Assembly: GCA_038523235.1 (NCBI GenBank)
Contig: JBCBJQ010000018.1
Location: 1-64,000 of the forward strand
Length of the DNA stretch: 64,000 nt
Direction: 5' to 3'
Origin: Cyanobacteria bacterium J06626_4
Lineage (GTDB): Bacteria; Cyanobacteriota; Cyanobacteriia; Phormidesmidales; Phormidesmidaceae
Part shown: positions 54,695 to 64,000 of the stretch, one piece after another
Position numbering within the stretch: position 1 is the stretch's first letter
Layout: every line of letters begins with the position of its first letter
Notes under the pieces: model-generated
The model's database searches: none
Told to the model about the DNA's origin: nothing
Seen by the model: only the letters and a program-made list of their open reading frames with translations
Made by a program: the position numbers and the translations under genes

Positions 54695-55687
54695 ATGCAG
54701 ACTTCTCCCACCTGGCAAAGTCCAACACCTCACCACGAGACCTTTTGGCAAGTTTGCCGGAGCTATTGGCAGCTGACAAAACCCAGAATTATTCCCCTCT
54801 TACTGATTGAAACCGCCGCGAGCATGTTGGTGGCTGCCCACGGCACTGTGGATCCGCTGCTGTTGATAGTGACGCTGCTGACCGGGGCACTGGCTGCGGC
54901 TTCAGCGCAATCGATCAACTGCATTTATGACCGCGACATCGACTTTGACATGGAGCGCACGCGGCATCGGCCAATTCCGTCGGGCCGCATTCAGCTGCGC
55001 GATGCGTTAATCTTTGCCGCCGCGCTCGCGATCGCCGCCTTTTCGCTTCAAGTCATCGTGGGCAATGTGCTCAGCGCCGCTCTAGAGATGGTCGGCATTG
55101 CCATTTACGTCGGCGTTTATACCCACTGGCTCAAGCGGTCATCCACCCAAAATATTGTGATCGGCGGTGCCGCTGGCGCGATTCCACCCTTGGTGGGCTG
55201 GGCCGCTGTGACGGGTGAACTCAGTCTGGCCGCCTGGTTGTTTTTTGCCATCGTCTTTATCTGGACGCCGCCGCACTTTTGGGCGCTGGCCTTGGTGATT
55301 CAAGATGACTATGCCAAGGTGGGCGTGCCCATGTTGCCGGTCATCGCTGGCGACGAAGCAACCGCTAAACAAATCTGGGCCTACACACTGGTGCTGGTGC
55401 CCATCACGCTGCTGATGACGGTGCCGCTCCACGCGACCGGTTGGGTTTACGGGGCGATCGCCCTCTACCTTGGCTGGATCTTTATCAAAAAGGCTTGGGG
55501 GCTTTTACAGTCGCCGAGCGATCGCGACCAGGCCAAGTCACTGTTCAAATACTCCATTCTGTACATGATGGCGCTGTCGGCCGGGATGGTCATCGATAGC
55601 CTGCCCGTCACCCGATCAGCGGTGATGGCGCTTGGCCATCAGGCGTTTGAATTAGCCAACACCCTGCTTCCCACGGTCATGGGGTAA
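54695..55687 (+). CDS. ctaB: Protoheme IX farnesyltransferase (heme O synthase)
   Basis: LTKPRII, DRDID.DMERT.HRPIPSG, YTHWLKR, GGAAGAIPPLVGW, WTPPHFWAL; start ATG 54695. Confidence 0.96.
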   Translation: MQTSPTWQSPTPHHETFWQVCRSYWQLTKPRIIPLLLIETAASMLVAAHGTVDPLLLIVTLLTGALAAASAQSINCIYDRDIDFDMERTRHRPIPSGRIQLRDALIFAAALAIAAFSLQVIVGNVLSAALEMVGIAIYVGVYTHWLKRSSTQNIVIGGAAGAIPPLVGWAAVTGELSLAAWLFFAIVFIWTPPHFWALALVIQDDYAKVGVPMLPVIAGDEATAKQIWAYTLVLVPITLLMTVPLHATGWVYGAIALYLGWIFIKKAWGLLQSPSDRDQAKSLFKYSILYMMALSAGMVIDSLPVTRSAVMALGHQAFELANTLLPTVMG

Positions 55688-55865
55688 GGGCCATCCGCTC
55701 AGCGTCCCTGACTCTGGCGGTGTGCATGGGGATGAACGCCGGAGTCAAGAAGCCGGTTGTGCTATCAGCCCCTTACCGCCGCTTCAGGGCCGCTAGTTCT
55801 GAGCGGTGGGCCGCGGCGTTATCAGCGTTAGGATAAACACTCACCCGTTTAGCCAGCCAGCTTGC

Positions 55866-56387
55866 ATGCCTTCTCTTTTTAGCGCGATCGCCTTGGGTAG
55901 TAACCTCGGAGATTCTTTAACGATCCTGCAGGGGGCGATCGCGGCATTAACTCAGCCCCCTCATATCACCGTCACGACCTGCTCAAGCATCTACACCACG
56001 GCGCCGGTCGGGCCACCTCAACCGGATTATTACAATGCTTGTGCTCTGCTCAAAACCAATCTCGCCCCCGAGGAACTGCTCCGCACCTTGCTGCAGATCG
56101 AAGCCAAGTTTGGTCGCATGCGGCGCGAACGGTGGGGGCCGCGCCTGCTTGATCTCGATTTGCTGCTATTTGGCAACATTGTGATGACGACTGCAACCCT
56201 ACAGCTACCTCACCCGCGCATGCATGAGCGGCCCTTTGTCTTGGTGCCCTTAGCCGAAATCGCCGCTCACTGGGTCGATCCCATCTCGGGGAAGGCGATC
56301 GCGCAACTAGCCGCCGGGGTTTCTCACGAGGGCGTTGAGCGACTAGCGGATGTGCCCCCCCTCCTGCCGCACCGCAACGGCAAATAG
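55866..56387 (+). CDS. folK: 2-amino-4-hydroxy-6-hydroxymethyldihydropteridine diphosphokinase
   Basis: IALGSNLG, QPDYYNA, RWGPRLLDLDLL, PHPRMHERPFVLVPL. Confidence 0.96.
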   Translation: MPSLFSAIALGSNLGDSLTILQGAIAALTQPPHITVTTCSSIYTTAPVGPPQPDYYNACALLKTNLAPEELLRTLLQIEAKFGRMRRERWGPRLLDLDLLLFGNIVMTTATLQLPHPRMHERPFVLVPLAEIAAHWVDPISGKAIAQLAAGVSHEGVERLADVPPLLPHRNGK

Positions 56388-56472
56388 TGTGCTACCGTAG
56401 CCGCTATCGGTCAGTCTGGGAGCGCTTTCGCCGCTCTTCACACCGTCATCCCCACAATTCTTCTGACGTGAT

Positions 56473-57030
56473 ATGTCGCTCGGTAACGAACCGCCCCAAT
56501 TGCTTAAGCAGCGCCTATTGATTAAGGGACGCAAATTCGACTTCGAAGTCAACAGCTTGCGATTGCCCAACAAATCGGAGGGTGAGTGGGAATGCATTCG
56601 CCATCCAGGTGGCGCTTTGGCGGTTCCCATTACTGAGGATGGCAAATTAGTCCTAGTGCGTCAGTATCGATTTGCTATGCAGGGCAGACTTCTGGAATTT
56701 CCAGCGGGCACTGTCGAGCCTAACGAAACCCCCGCCCAGACGATTAAGCGCGAGATCGAAGAAGAAATTGGCTATCGGGCTCACACCTGGCAGCCGTTAG
56801 GTAGCTTTCCGCTGGCACCGGGCTACTCCGACGAGTTTATTCACGCTTTCATCGCGACCGACTTGGAGGCGATCGCCCATCCCCCGGCCGGCGATGATGA
56901 CGAAGATATTGTTGTCGTGTATATGACCCCCGACGAGTTTGAGCAGGCCGTCAGCAAAGGGGAAGGCGTCGATGCGAAATCGATTGCCAGCTATTTCTTA
57001 GCCAAGGCTTACCTGGCTGACCTGACGTGA
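56473..57030 (+). CDS. NUDIX hydrolase (ADP-ribose pyrophosphatase-like)
   Basis: HPGG, VRQYRF, Nudix box EFPAGTVEPNETPAQTIKREIEEEIG. Confidence 0.93.
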   Translation: MSLGNEPPQLLKQRLLIKGRKFDFEVNSLRLPNKSEGEWECIRHPGGALAVPITEDGKLVLVRQYRFAMQGRLLEFPAGTVEPNETPAQTIKREIEEEIGYRAHTWQPLGSFPLAPGYSDEFIHAFIATDLEAIAHPPAGDDDEDIVVVYMTPDEFEQAVSKGEGVDAKSIASYFLAKAYLADLT

Positions 57031-57160
57031 GGATGAGCAAACAGGACTGCGGTTGCCACTTACCCGATGCTTTGTACGAGACAGCCAACCGACCCATCGG
57101 GGCTGGAGAAGGCTGACTAACTGCGATCACCCTGTGATTGCTGGACAATTTTCTGAGCAC

Positions 57161-57185
57161 AAAAAATCCCCTCCGCAGAGGGGAT
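57161..57185 (-). terminator. Terminator of the OmpR-family regulator gene
   Basis: atcccctc-cgca-gaggggat stem with an adjacent + strand A6 run. Confidence 0.75.
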
Positions 57186-57233
57186 GTCAATTAAACCATC
57201 AACGCTCAAACCAGTTGCTGCGCTGAGCTGACG

Positions 57234-57944
57234 TCAACTAGAGGCCACAACGCTGGCTGGGGGCTCAAATTTGTAGCCCACGCCCCGCACTGTTTGAATC
57301 ATGGCCGGTTGGGTGGTATCTAGTTCAATCTTTTTACGGATTTGGCCAATGTGGACATCTACCACACGCTGATCACCGACATATTCGTAGTCCCAAACTT
57401 TTTGAATCAGCTCTGCCCGCCGCCACACACGACCGGGGTGGCTAGCTAGAAAATGTAGCAGGTCAAATTCCAACGCCGTGAGTGGCACCAGCTCGCGCTC
57501 CAGGGTGACTTCTCGCCGAACGGGATCGATCTCTAGGCTATTGAAGCTCAAACACTGTTGCTCAGCAGTGGTGACGGGGCGCTGGCGTTTAAGAATGGCC
57601 CCCACGCGGACCTCAAGCTCCCCCAAACTAAAGGGCTTGGTGAGATAGTCATCGGCTCCTTCCGCGAAGCCGCGAATCTTATCGGCTTCATCACTGCGAC
57701 TGGTGAGCATTAAGACAAAAACACCCGTGCGCGTCTGCATTTCTTTGCAGAGGTCATATCCATTAGCATCAGGGAGGTTGACGTCCAACACCACTAAGTC
57801 GGGGTTGAGTTGCTCAAACACCGCAAGTGCATTTTTGCCATCTTCGGCAGATTCGACTTCGTAGTCTTGCTTCGACAAAAAGCGCAGTACAAGATTACGG
57901 ACAGCTGGGTCGTCGTCAACGACAAGGATCTTGGCAGTAGCCAT
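57234..57944 (-). CDS. OmpR/PhoB family response regulator (possibly SrrA-like)
   Basis: ILVVDDD, LDVNLP, GADDYLTKPF; winged helix LTALEFDLL, VDVHIGQIRKK, TVRGVGY. Confidence 0.95.
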   Translation of the reverse strand: MATAKILVVDDDPAVRNLVLRFLSKQDYEVESAEDGKNALAVFEQLNPDLVVLDVNLPDANGYDLCKEMQTRTGVFVLMLTSRSDEADKIRGFAEGADDYLTKPFSLGELEVRVGAILKRQRPVTTAEQQCLSFNSLEIDPVRREVTLERELVPLTALEFDLLHFLASHPGRVWRRAELIQKVWDYEYVGDQRVVDVHIGQIRKKIELDTTQPAMIQTVRGVGYKFEPPASVVASS

Positions 57945-58344
57945 AACGTAAACGTCTTACCAAAAGGACACAGGTGGTTGCTTTACATTAGACCGAGTAC
58001 ACTAAAGCCCTAGCGGTACCGGCAATGTTTCTTTAAAGTATCTTTTCGCAGGAACACGATGAAATCAGCCTAAACTGCATCAATTTTTTCCCAGCCACTC
58101 GGTACTTTCTGTAAAGTAGTTATAAAGCTAGGACAGTCGTTGATGCTAACTCGGTTGACTCTAATGAAGAATACCCAAACCGAGCTGAAACTTCTTCACC
58201 ATACGGAACAAGTTTCAGTAGTGTGAGCCTAGTATAGTTAAACTGTGGCTAACACGAATGGCCCAAAAAGGATCGACGTCAGCAGAACTAACGGTTGACT
58301 TGCTCCGTGGATTTAGTCAGTAGACGCGCCAGGCTATCGAAGGG

Positions 58345-58971
58345 ATGTCGATGAGTGACCAGAACTACTACGATACGTTAGGCCTCGACGAAAACGCCTC
58401 TTTTGAGGAGATTCAGGAGGCCAAAGAGCGCTTGTTAGACGGTTGTGAAGACGATCGCAAACGGATGGATGCGATCGAATCAGCCTATGACGCCATTCTG
58501 ATGGAACGTCTCAGATTGCGTCAGGAGGGCAAGATAAAGGTGCCTGACCGCATTCGATTTGCTGAAGAGGTACCTGAAAAACCAGTGGTGAAGGCCAACA
58601 GCGGTGACGTCTCCAAGCCCAGTTGGTTGGCTGACTTTTTAGACACGCCTTCTCGCAATGATGTGCTGCTCCCGGCGGGCATTTTTGGAATTTTAGCGAT
58701 TGTGAGTCTGGCCGGGCCGTCGCTGGCTTTGGCGATCGGGGTCGGGGTGGCGATCTATTTCCTCAATCGTAAGGAATATCGGTTTTGGCGCGCGCTGCTA
58801 ATCACTGTGTTAGGGCTCACGGCGGGGTTGACTGTGGGCATCTTGCTGGGACAGATTCTCGGCCCGCAGGCAGCGGCGATGTCAGGGGCAAGCGCCGATG
58901 TCGTGACGCAAAAAGTGGCCGCAATTATCACGATGGTTGTATTGTGGGCCGTCAGTAGCTTTTTGCGCTAG
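58345..58971 (+). CDS. CPP1-like (J-like domain) membrane protein
   Basis: YYDTLGLDENASFEEIQEAK...IESAYDAILMERLRLRQEGKIKVPDRIRF plus C-terminal TMs. Confidence 0.88.
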   Translation: MSMSDQNYYDTLGLDENASFEEIQEAKERLLDGCEDDRKRMDAIESAYDAILMERLRLRQEGKIKVPDRIRFAEEVPEKPVVKANSGDVSKPSWLADFLDTPSRNDVLLPAGIFGILAIVSLAGPSLALAIGVGVAIYFLNRKEYRFWRALLITVLGLTAGLTVGILLGQILGPQAAAMSGASADVVTQKVAAIITMVVLWAVSSFLR

Positions 58972-59257
58972 TCGTCAGCGCCGGCTGCTCGATTCAACAG
59001 CATTCCTTAAAGTCGGGCGGACTCAGGCGGCATCCTATCTCCCCTAGGCTCTGCTTTGATGCGCTTAGTCGGGGTGCCAAGCTAGCTTTGCCGCTCTTTT
59101 GAAACCTGGCCGCACTTGACTTCGACGAACCGAACCAGATTAGCGAGTTCCTGCACTGCGAGTGCGCCGAGGCTTGCCCGTGGGGCGAGGTTGAAAAGGC
59201 GTTTTGTGACGATTACGACGTTTGGCTCGGGGCGAAATTGTGCTTTGGCGGTGGGTG

Positions 59258-59443
59258 CTAGACATCGTCATACCTCAAAAACATTAACTTGATGAGGAAT
59301 TCACGGAAAAGCCCAGCGCTTCCGGAAAAGCCCGATGAATCCGGCAGGAGGCCTGATAAATCCGACGGGAAGAAAGGACTAGTCGTTGGGTGACTGTTGC
59401 CGAGCGGGTGAAGCGATGCCGAGTGTGCGGCCATTTCTCGCAA
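59258..59443 (-). CDS. Putative small protein (ends LFREFLIKLMFLRYDDV)
   Basis: ORF-track ORF (ATG alternative at 59434) in a long intergenic gap; coding status unproven. Confidence 0.35.
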   Translation of the reverse strand: MREMAAHSASLHPLGNSHPTTSPFFPSDLSGLLPDSSGFSGSAGLFREFLIKLMFLRYDDV

Positions 59444-59589
59444 CGACGAGACCCGTCAAAGCGAGTTTGTAGATACCTCGTAGCATCGAACGGGAGCTGA
59501 GTGTCATGGTTTCAGCGCGATCGCACTCAATTGCCGTCGTCAGCGATGATAATGGAGAGTACCAGACCGCTCAGATTGAGCGCATCGCG

Positions 59590-59695
59590 ATCGCTGAGTC
59601 GGTGAATCCCTCAATCTCTAAAACACCAGGGAATTCATCGCTGAGGGCTGGCATAGCGGCTTAAAGGGTTCAATCATCGAGCCTGTGGAGACAGC
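59590..59695 (+). promoter_or_regulatory. Candidate structured 5' leader of panB (two hairpins)
   Basis: cggtgaatccct (59600-59611) pairs with agggaattcatcg (59628-59640); gggttc (59666-59671) pairs with gagcct (59679-59684), next to the GGAG SD. Confidence 0.45.
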
Positions 59696-59701
59696 ACTGA
59701 G

Positions 59702-60481
59702 ATGGCAGTTCGGATCAATCAATTTTTAACGTGGAAACAACAGTCCCAGGCAGTCGCTGTGCTCACCGCTTGGGATTTTATATCGGCGCAAATGGCCGAT
59801 CAGGCCGGAGCCGATCTGATCTTGGTGGGCGATTCGTTAGCGATGGTGGCCTTGGGCTATGACACGACCTTGCCCCTGACACTAGAGGAGATGCTGCACC
59901 ATGCCAAAGCTGTGCGCCGAGGCGTCAAAAACGCGCTGATGGTGGTCGATCTCCCGTTCTTGAGCTACCAGGTAGATACCGCTGAAGCGCTGCGCTCGGC
60001 GGGGTGCATGCTCAAGCAAGCGGGCGCCCAAGCCGTCAAGCTAGAAGGGGGCTATCCCCGCATGGCAGCGACGATTAAAGCCCTGGTGGAATCGGGCATT
60101 CCCGTCATGGGGCACGTCGGTTTGACGCCGCAGTCAGTGCACCTGACCGGTGGCTTCTACAAGCAGGGCAAGTCCCCCGAGGCCGCCGATCGCATTTTGC
60201 AAGAGGCAATCGCCATTGAGAAAGCGGGGGCTTTTGCCATCGTGTTAGAGCACATTCCAGCAGAGCTGGCCCAAGTCATTACCGAAACCCTTACCATCAC
60301 CACTATCGGCATCGGTGCTGGACCGCACTGTGATGGCCAAGTGTTGGTCACCGCTGATGTGCTGGGCCTGTCTGACTGGCAGCCACCCTTTGCCCCCCGC
60401 TATACAAACTTACGAGAACAGGGGATGACGGCGGCCAAGCAGTTTTGCGACGACGTGCGATCGCATAATTTCCCCACTTGA
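59702..60481 (+). CDS. panB: 3-methyl-2-oxobutanoate hydroxymethyltransferase
   Basis: [46 protein letters not shown]. Confidence 0.97.
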   Translation: MAVRINQFLTWKQQSQAVAVLTAWDFISAQMADQAGADLILVGDSLAMVALGYDTTLPLTLEEMLHHAKAVRRGVKNALMVVDLPFLSYQVDTAEALRSAGCMLKQAGAQAVKLEGGYPRMAATIKALVESGIPVMGHVGLTPQSVHLTGGFYKQGKSPEAADRILQEAIAIEKAGAFAIVLEHIPAELAQVITETLTITTIGIGAGPHCDGQVLVTADVLGLSDWQPPFAPRYTNLREQGMTAAKQFCDDVRSHNFPT

Positions 60482-60632
60482 GAATGCCAGTTGTGCTGCT
60501 GTCATGCGCGATCGTGACGGCTCCATTAAGCAGTACCCAGCTTGCTGGAAGACGCGCTGCTGCCAGTCACCAAAGCGATCAGTTCCCTTTTTTGATACTC
60601 TGCTAATTTCCCCTCCCGACAGGAAATTTCCC

Positions 60633-60989
60633 ATGGCACTCCAGGTTTACGGCATTCCCAACTGTGGCACCTGCAAAAAGGCATTGAGCTGGCTCGACAA
60701 CAACCAAATTGCCTATGACTTTATCGATACCAAAACGGCCCCACCCACCCGCGACATGATTGCCGATTGGGTCGCAGCCCTGACGGCTAGGCCGATGCGT
60801 AACACTTCTGGGCAGGTCTACCGCGCCTTGGGCGAAGAGAAAAAAGACTGGAGCGATGAGCAATGGGTTGAGGCTTTTGCGGAAAATGCCATGTTGCTCA
60901 AGCGGCCTCTGTTTGTCAAAGACGGCAAAGCAGTGATGGTCGGATTTCGTGCTAAAGAAGCCGATCTACAATCAACCCTCAATAGCTAA
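60633..60989 (+). CDS. Spx/MgsR/ArsC family protein
   Basis: VYGIPNCGTCKKA (CxxC), LLKRPL, VGF. Confidence 0.9.
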   Translation: MALQVYGIPNCGTCKKALSWLDNNQIAYDFIDTKTAPPTRDMIADWVAALTARPMRNTSGQVYRALGEEKKDWSDEQWVEAFAENAMLLKRPLFVKDGKAVMVGFRAKEADLQSTLNS

Positions 60990-61051
60990 TCGCCATATTG
61001 TTTGAGAGCCGCTTCCTTGACATGCCCCTTATTCGCGGCGCAGACGGCTAA

Positions 61052-61167
61052 ACCTGGCCGCCTGCGGCACCTCTCCTTGATAAGGAGAGGTTAATCAAAA
61101 GTTCTAGTTCCTCTCCTAAGCCCTCCGGGCAGGCTTCGCCAAAGATAAGGAGGGGAGAGGAGAGGTC
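61052..61167. repeat. Composite palindromic dispersed repeat with a nested 21-24 nt insert
   Basis: acctctcctt-gat-aaggagaggt (61069-61091), then a second copy cctctcctaa...gataaggagggg split by gccctccgggcaggcttcgcc. Confidence 0.65.
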
Positions 61168-61372
61168 GCACAGCTAATCCAACCGCCACAGTCAATCGCT
61201 AAACAAAACCAATCTTTTCAAGGATGGGGTGATCATAGGTATCCGATTCCTTTACTTCCCCAGTGCGGCAAGTGCGGTTGTTGCAATTCGCGAAGTCGTT
61301 AGTCCACACCGGCAACGGGGCGAAAATCCTCGCTATGCTTGGGGAGACCGTCTGTGGTTCGTAGCTGCCATC

Positions 61373-63313
61373 GTGTATTCAGAGCGCCCCCCCCTCCTCA
61401 AAGAACCGGAACGCCTTGAAGCTTTTTTGAAAGAGCTTCCCCTCGAACCCGGCGTCTACTTTATGAAAGACGGCCGGGATCAGATCCTTTACATCGGCAA
61501 GTCGAAAAAACTGCGGAATCGGGTGCGATCGTACTTTCGCGACACGCATCGCCACATGCCGCGCATCGCGATGATGGTGATGCAGATTGTCGAGATTGAG
61601 TTCATCGTCACTGACACCGAAGCCGAAGCACTGGCCCTAGAAGCCAATCTGATCAAGCAGCATCAGCCCCACTTTAATGTGCTGCTGAAAGACGACAAAA
61701 AGTATCCCTATCTCTGCATTACCTGGTCAGAAGACTATCCGCGCATGTTTGTTACCCGCAAGCGGCGCAAAAACCTTAAAGATCGCTACTACGGTCCCTA
61801 TGTTGATGCTGGATTGCTGCGGCGCACCCTGAGTATTGCCAAACGGACCTTTCCGCTGCGGCAGCGACCGCAACCGCTGTTTCGCGATCGCCCCTGCCTC
61901 AATTACGACATTGGCCGCTGTCCGGGAGTGTGTCAGGAACTAATCTCTCCCGAGGATTATCACAAGACGGTGCAGCGGGTGGCGATGGTGTTTCAGGGCC
62001 GCACCGATGAATTGGTCAATGCCCTGACCCACCAGATGGAAAAAGCCGCTGAAGAGCTGCGGTTTGAGCAGGCCGCTCTGTTGCGCGATCAGATTCAAGG
62101 GTTAGAGCGGCTGACGGCCAACCAAAAAGTCGCGCTACCCGATGACACGGTATCGCGCGATGCGATCGCCCTCTCTAGCGATGAGCAGTTTGCCTGCATT
62201 CAGCTCTTTCAAATTCGGGCGGGGCGGCTGGTGGGGCGGCTCGGCTTTAATGCCGACGCCCAAGCCGGGACACGGGGCGAGATTTTGCAACGGGTGCTCG
62301 AAGCGCATTATCAAATGGTGGAGCCGATTGAGATTCCGGCAGAAATTTTGGTGCAGCATGAGCTGCCCGAGGGCGACATTTTGGCGGAATATTTGACCCA
62401 GCGGCGTGGGCGGAAGGTGGCGATCGAAGTTCCCCAGCGGCAGACCAAGGCAGAACTGGTCGAGATGGTAGAACGCAACGCCCAGTACGAGCTACTGCGC
62501 ACCCAACGCGTTGCCGATCGCAATGCTCAAGCGATGCAAGATTTGGCCGAAGCGCTCGACCTACCCGACCAGCCCAAACGCATTGAAGGCTATGACATTT
62601 CCCATATTCAAGGGTCGGATGCCGTAGCCTCGCAGGTGGTATTTGTGGATGGGATGCCCGCCAAGCAGCATTACCGCCACTACAAGATTAAAAATCCGGA
62701 GGTGCGAGCGGGTCACTCTGATGACTTCGCCAGCATGGCGGAGGTGATTCGGCGACGCTTTCGGCGCTATGCGGCTGACCCCGATAAGCAGCGGGTCGGC
62801 AATCCAGACTGGCCCGACCTCGTGATGATTGACGGCGGCAAGGGGCAGCTATCGGCGGTAGTTGAAGTGCTGCGAGAGCTAAATTTGCTGGCCGATCTGC
62901 ATGTCGTCAGCCTGGCTAAAAAGCGCGAAGAAATCTTTCTGCCCGGAGAATCGCTGCCCGTCTCGACGGCAGCGGAGCAGCCGGGAGTGCAGCTCTTGCG
63001 GCGCCTGCGTGATGAAGCGCACCGATTTGCCGTCAGCTTTCACCGCAAAAAACGCAGCGATCGCATGCGGCGATCGCGTTTATCTGACATTCCCGGTTTG
63101 GGGCAGCATCGCCAAAAAGAACTGCTGGCAGCGTTTCGCTCTATCGACTACATTCGCGAAGCCCCGACTGAGCAGCTCGCCCAAGTGCCCGGCATCGGCC
63201 CCCACATGGCACAGCAAATTTACAACTACTTTCACCCCAATGCCAGTAGTGATGAGGCGATCGCCACCGTGGAGTCAGCCAGTGCTGTCAGTGTCGAGTC
63301 CAAAAGCGGTTGA
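61373..63313 (+). CDS. uvrC: Excinuclease ABC subunit C
   Basis: [50 protein letters not shown], HhH IPGLG/VPGIG; GTG 61373 preferred. Confidence 0.98.
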   Translation: MYSERPPLLKEPERLEAFLKELPLEPGVYFMKDGRDQILYIGKSKKLRNRVRSYFRDTHRHMPRIAMMVMQIVEIEFIVTDTEAEALALEANLIKQHQPHFNVLLKDDKKYPYLCITWSEDYPRMFVTRKRRKNLKDRYYGPYVDAGLLRRTLSIAKRTFPLRQRPQPLFRDRPCLNYDIGRCPGVCQELISPEDYHKTVQRVAMVFQGRTDELVNALTHQMEKAAEELRFEQAALLRDQIQGLERLTANQKVALPDDTVSRDAIALSSDEQFACIQLFQIRAGRLVGRLGFNADAQAGTRGEILQRVLEAHYQMVEPIEIPAEILVQHELPEGDILAEYLTQRRGRKVAIEVPQRQTKAELVEMVERNAQYELLRTQRVADRNAQAMQDLAEALDLPDQPKRIEGYDISHIQGSDAVASQVVFVDGMPAKQHYRHYKIKNPEVRAGHSDDFASMAEVIRRRFRRYAADPDKQRVGNPDWPDLVMIDGGKGQLSAVVEVLRELNLLADLHVVSLAKKREEIFLPGESLPVSTAAEQPGVQLLRRLRDEAHRFAVSFHRKKRSDRMRRSRLSDIPGLGQHRQKELLAAFRSIDYIREAPTEQLAQVPGIGPHMAQQIYNYFHPNASSDEAIATVESASAVSVESKSG

Positions 63314-63759
63314 ATGATTTAGGGGGCGTCATCAATTAAACTCGAAAATCTGACGGTATGGGCACTACCGCGCCCGCTCCGCAAACCTAGTGCAGCGCCA
63401 AGTTTAAATTTGTGCATCCTCAAAATTGAAGAATAGGTGTCTTGTTTGGATGGGCATCTTGCCCGTTTTCCCGACAGGAATCAATCCGGATTGCCATCGT
63501 TCTGAAAGTCAACAACCCACAAATTGAGCACTGACAGACCACTAGCTAGAGGCTGAACCGCTTTCAGTATCAGGACTCAGCCGCTAAATGATGACAGCCT
63601 CTAGCAAACGATTCAGGCATTTTCGCTGAGGCATCCTGGGTACTGGCAAATGTCGTGACAGCTCAACCTCAAGCCCTAGTGGCGCTCAGATCGCTGATTG
63701 CCGTTTGGATCTTGGGTAAATTAAGCGCACATGCTTCTTTGCAAGAGACCTGAATCGAT

Positions 63760-64000
63760 ATGCTCATGCTGGTTTTTCGATTAGGAGACAATCGTTATGC
63801 AATTGCCACGCCAGCAATTGTGACCGTGCTCCCTCGGGTGAATTTGCAGCCCCTTCCTGGCAGCTCCCCGGCGGTGGCAGGCGTGTTTAGCTATCAGGGC
63901 CAAGTTGTGCCTGTGCTCGATCTCAATCAGCTTTTGCGGGGAGCGGCTAGCTCAGCCTTATTGAGCACGCGCATTGTTCTCGTTAATCAGGGGGCTCCTG
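63760..64000 (+). CDS. cheW: CheW-like chemosensory coupling protein, 5' part; runs off the right edge
   Basis: Not in the ORF track. MLMLVFRLGDNRYAI...VAGVFSYQGQVVPVLDL...STRIVLV. Confidence 0.88.
   Translation, partial: MLMLVFRLGDNRYAIATPAIVTVLPRVNLQPLPGSSPAVAGVFSYQGQVVPVLDLNQLLRGAASSALLSTRIVLVNQGAP

Larger units (their letters stand above)
1..64000. repeat. HIP1 octamer GCGATCGC, dispersed throughout the window
   Basis: Seen repeatedly, e.g. 43504, 45497, 47786, 49317; hallmark of many cyanobacterial genomes. Confidence 0.97.

Noticed and set aside
58107..58128. RpaB HLR1 site upstream of the OmpR-family gene (TTTATAAC-tac-TTTACAGA on the minus strand)
   Set aside because: Half-sites are degenerate and spaced 11 rather than 10 bp apart; too weak to call
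59620..59700. TPP riboswitch (contains CCAGGG...CTGAG)
   Set aside because: Lacks the downstream CCUGA/UAAU/GCGnAGGG core, and the gene context is panB

Overview
This is a 64-kb chromosomal window from a cyanobacterium, shown by psbK, the CAAD-bearing ValRS and very dense HIP1 (GCGATCGC) octamers; a Leptolyngbya/Nodosilinea-like filamentous strain is my impression only. Most of it is housekeeping: nadA, psbK, tgt, cobS, a polar amino-acid ABC operon, mutL, valS, guaA, cbiD, moaA, rpiA, two GH13 enzymes, ctaA/ctaB, folK, panB, uvrC, and partial wzx-like and cheW genes at the edges. I found no rRNA, tRNA, CRISPR array or transposase. The best candidate for an undescribed system is the locus at about 42.8-50.5 kb. 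Four co-oriented membrane-protein genes there share a ~95-aa N-terminal domain but have different C-termini: ankyrin repeats, two DUF4359-like 'TNP' tails, and a polytopic membrane region. Two of them are each paired with a divergent copy of a small hydrophobic gene. The first member is broken by an in-frame TGA at a one-base HIP1 variant. Other leads are overlapping small reading frames plus a two-hairpin leader in the 730-bp gap before panB, an orphan RNA-repair-type Pol-beta nucleotidyltransferase just upstream of valS, and a nested small dispersed repeat. All family calls come from motif recognition by eye; no database search was run.
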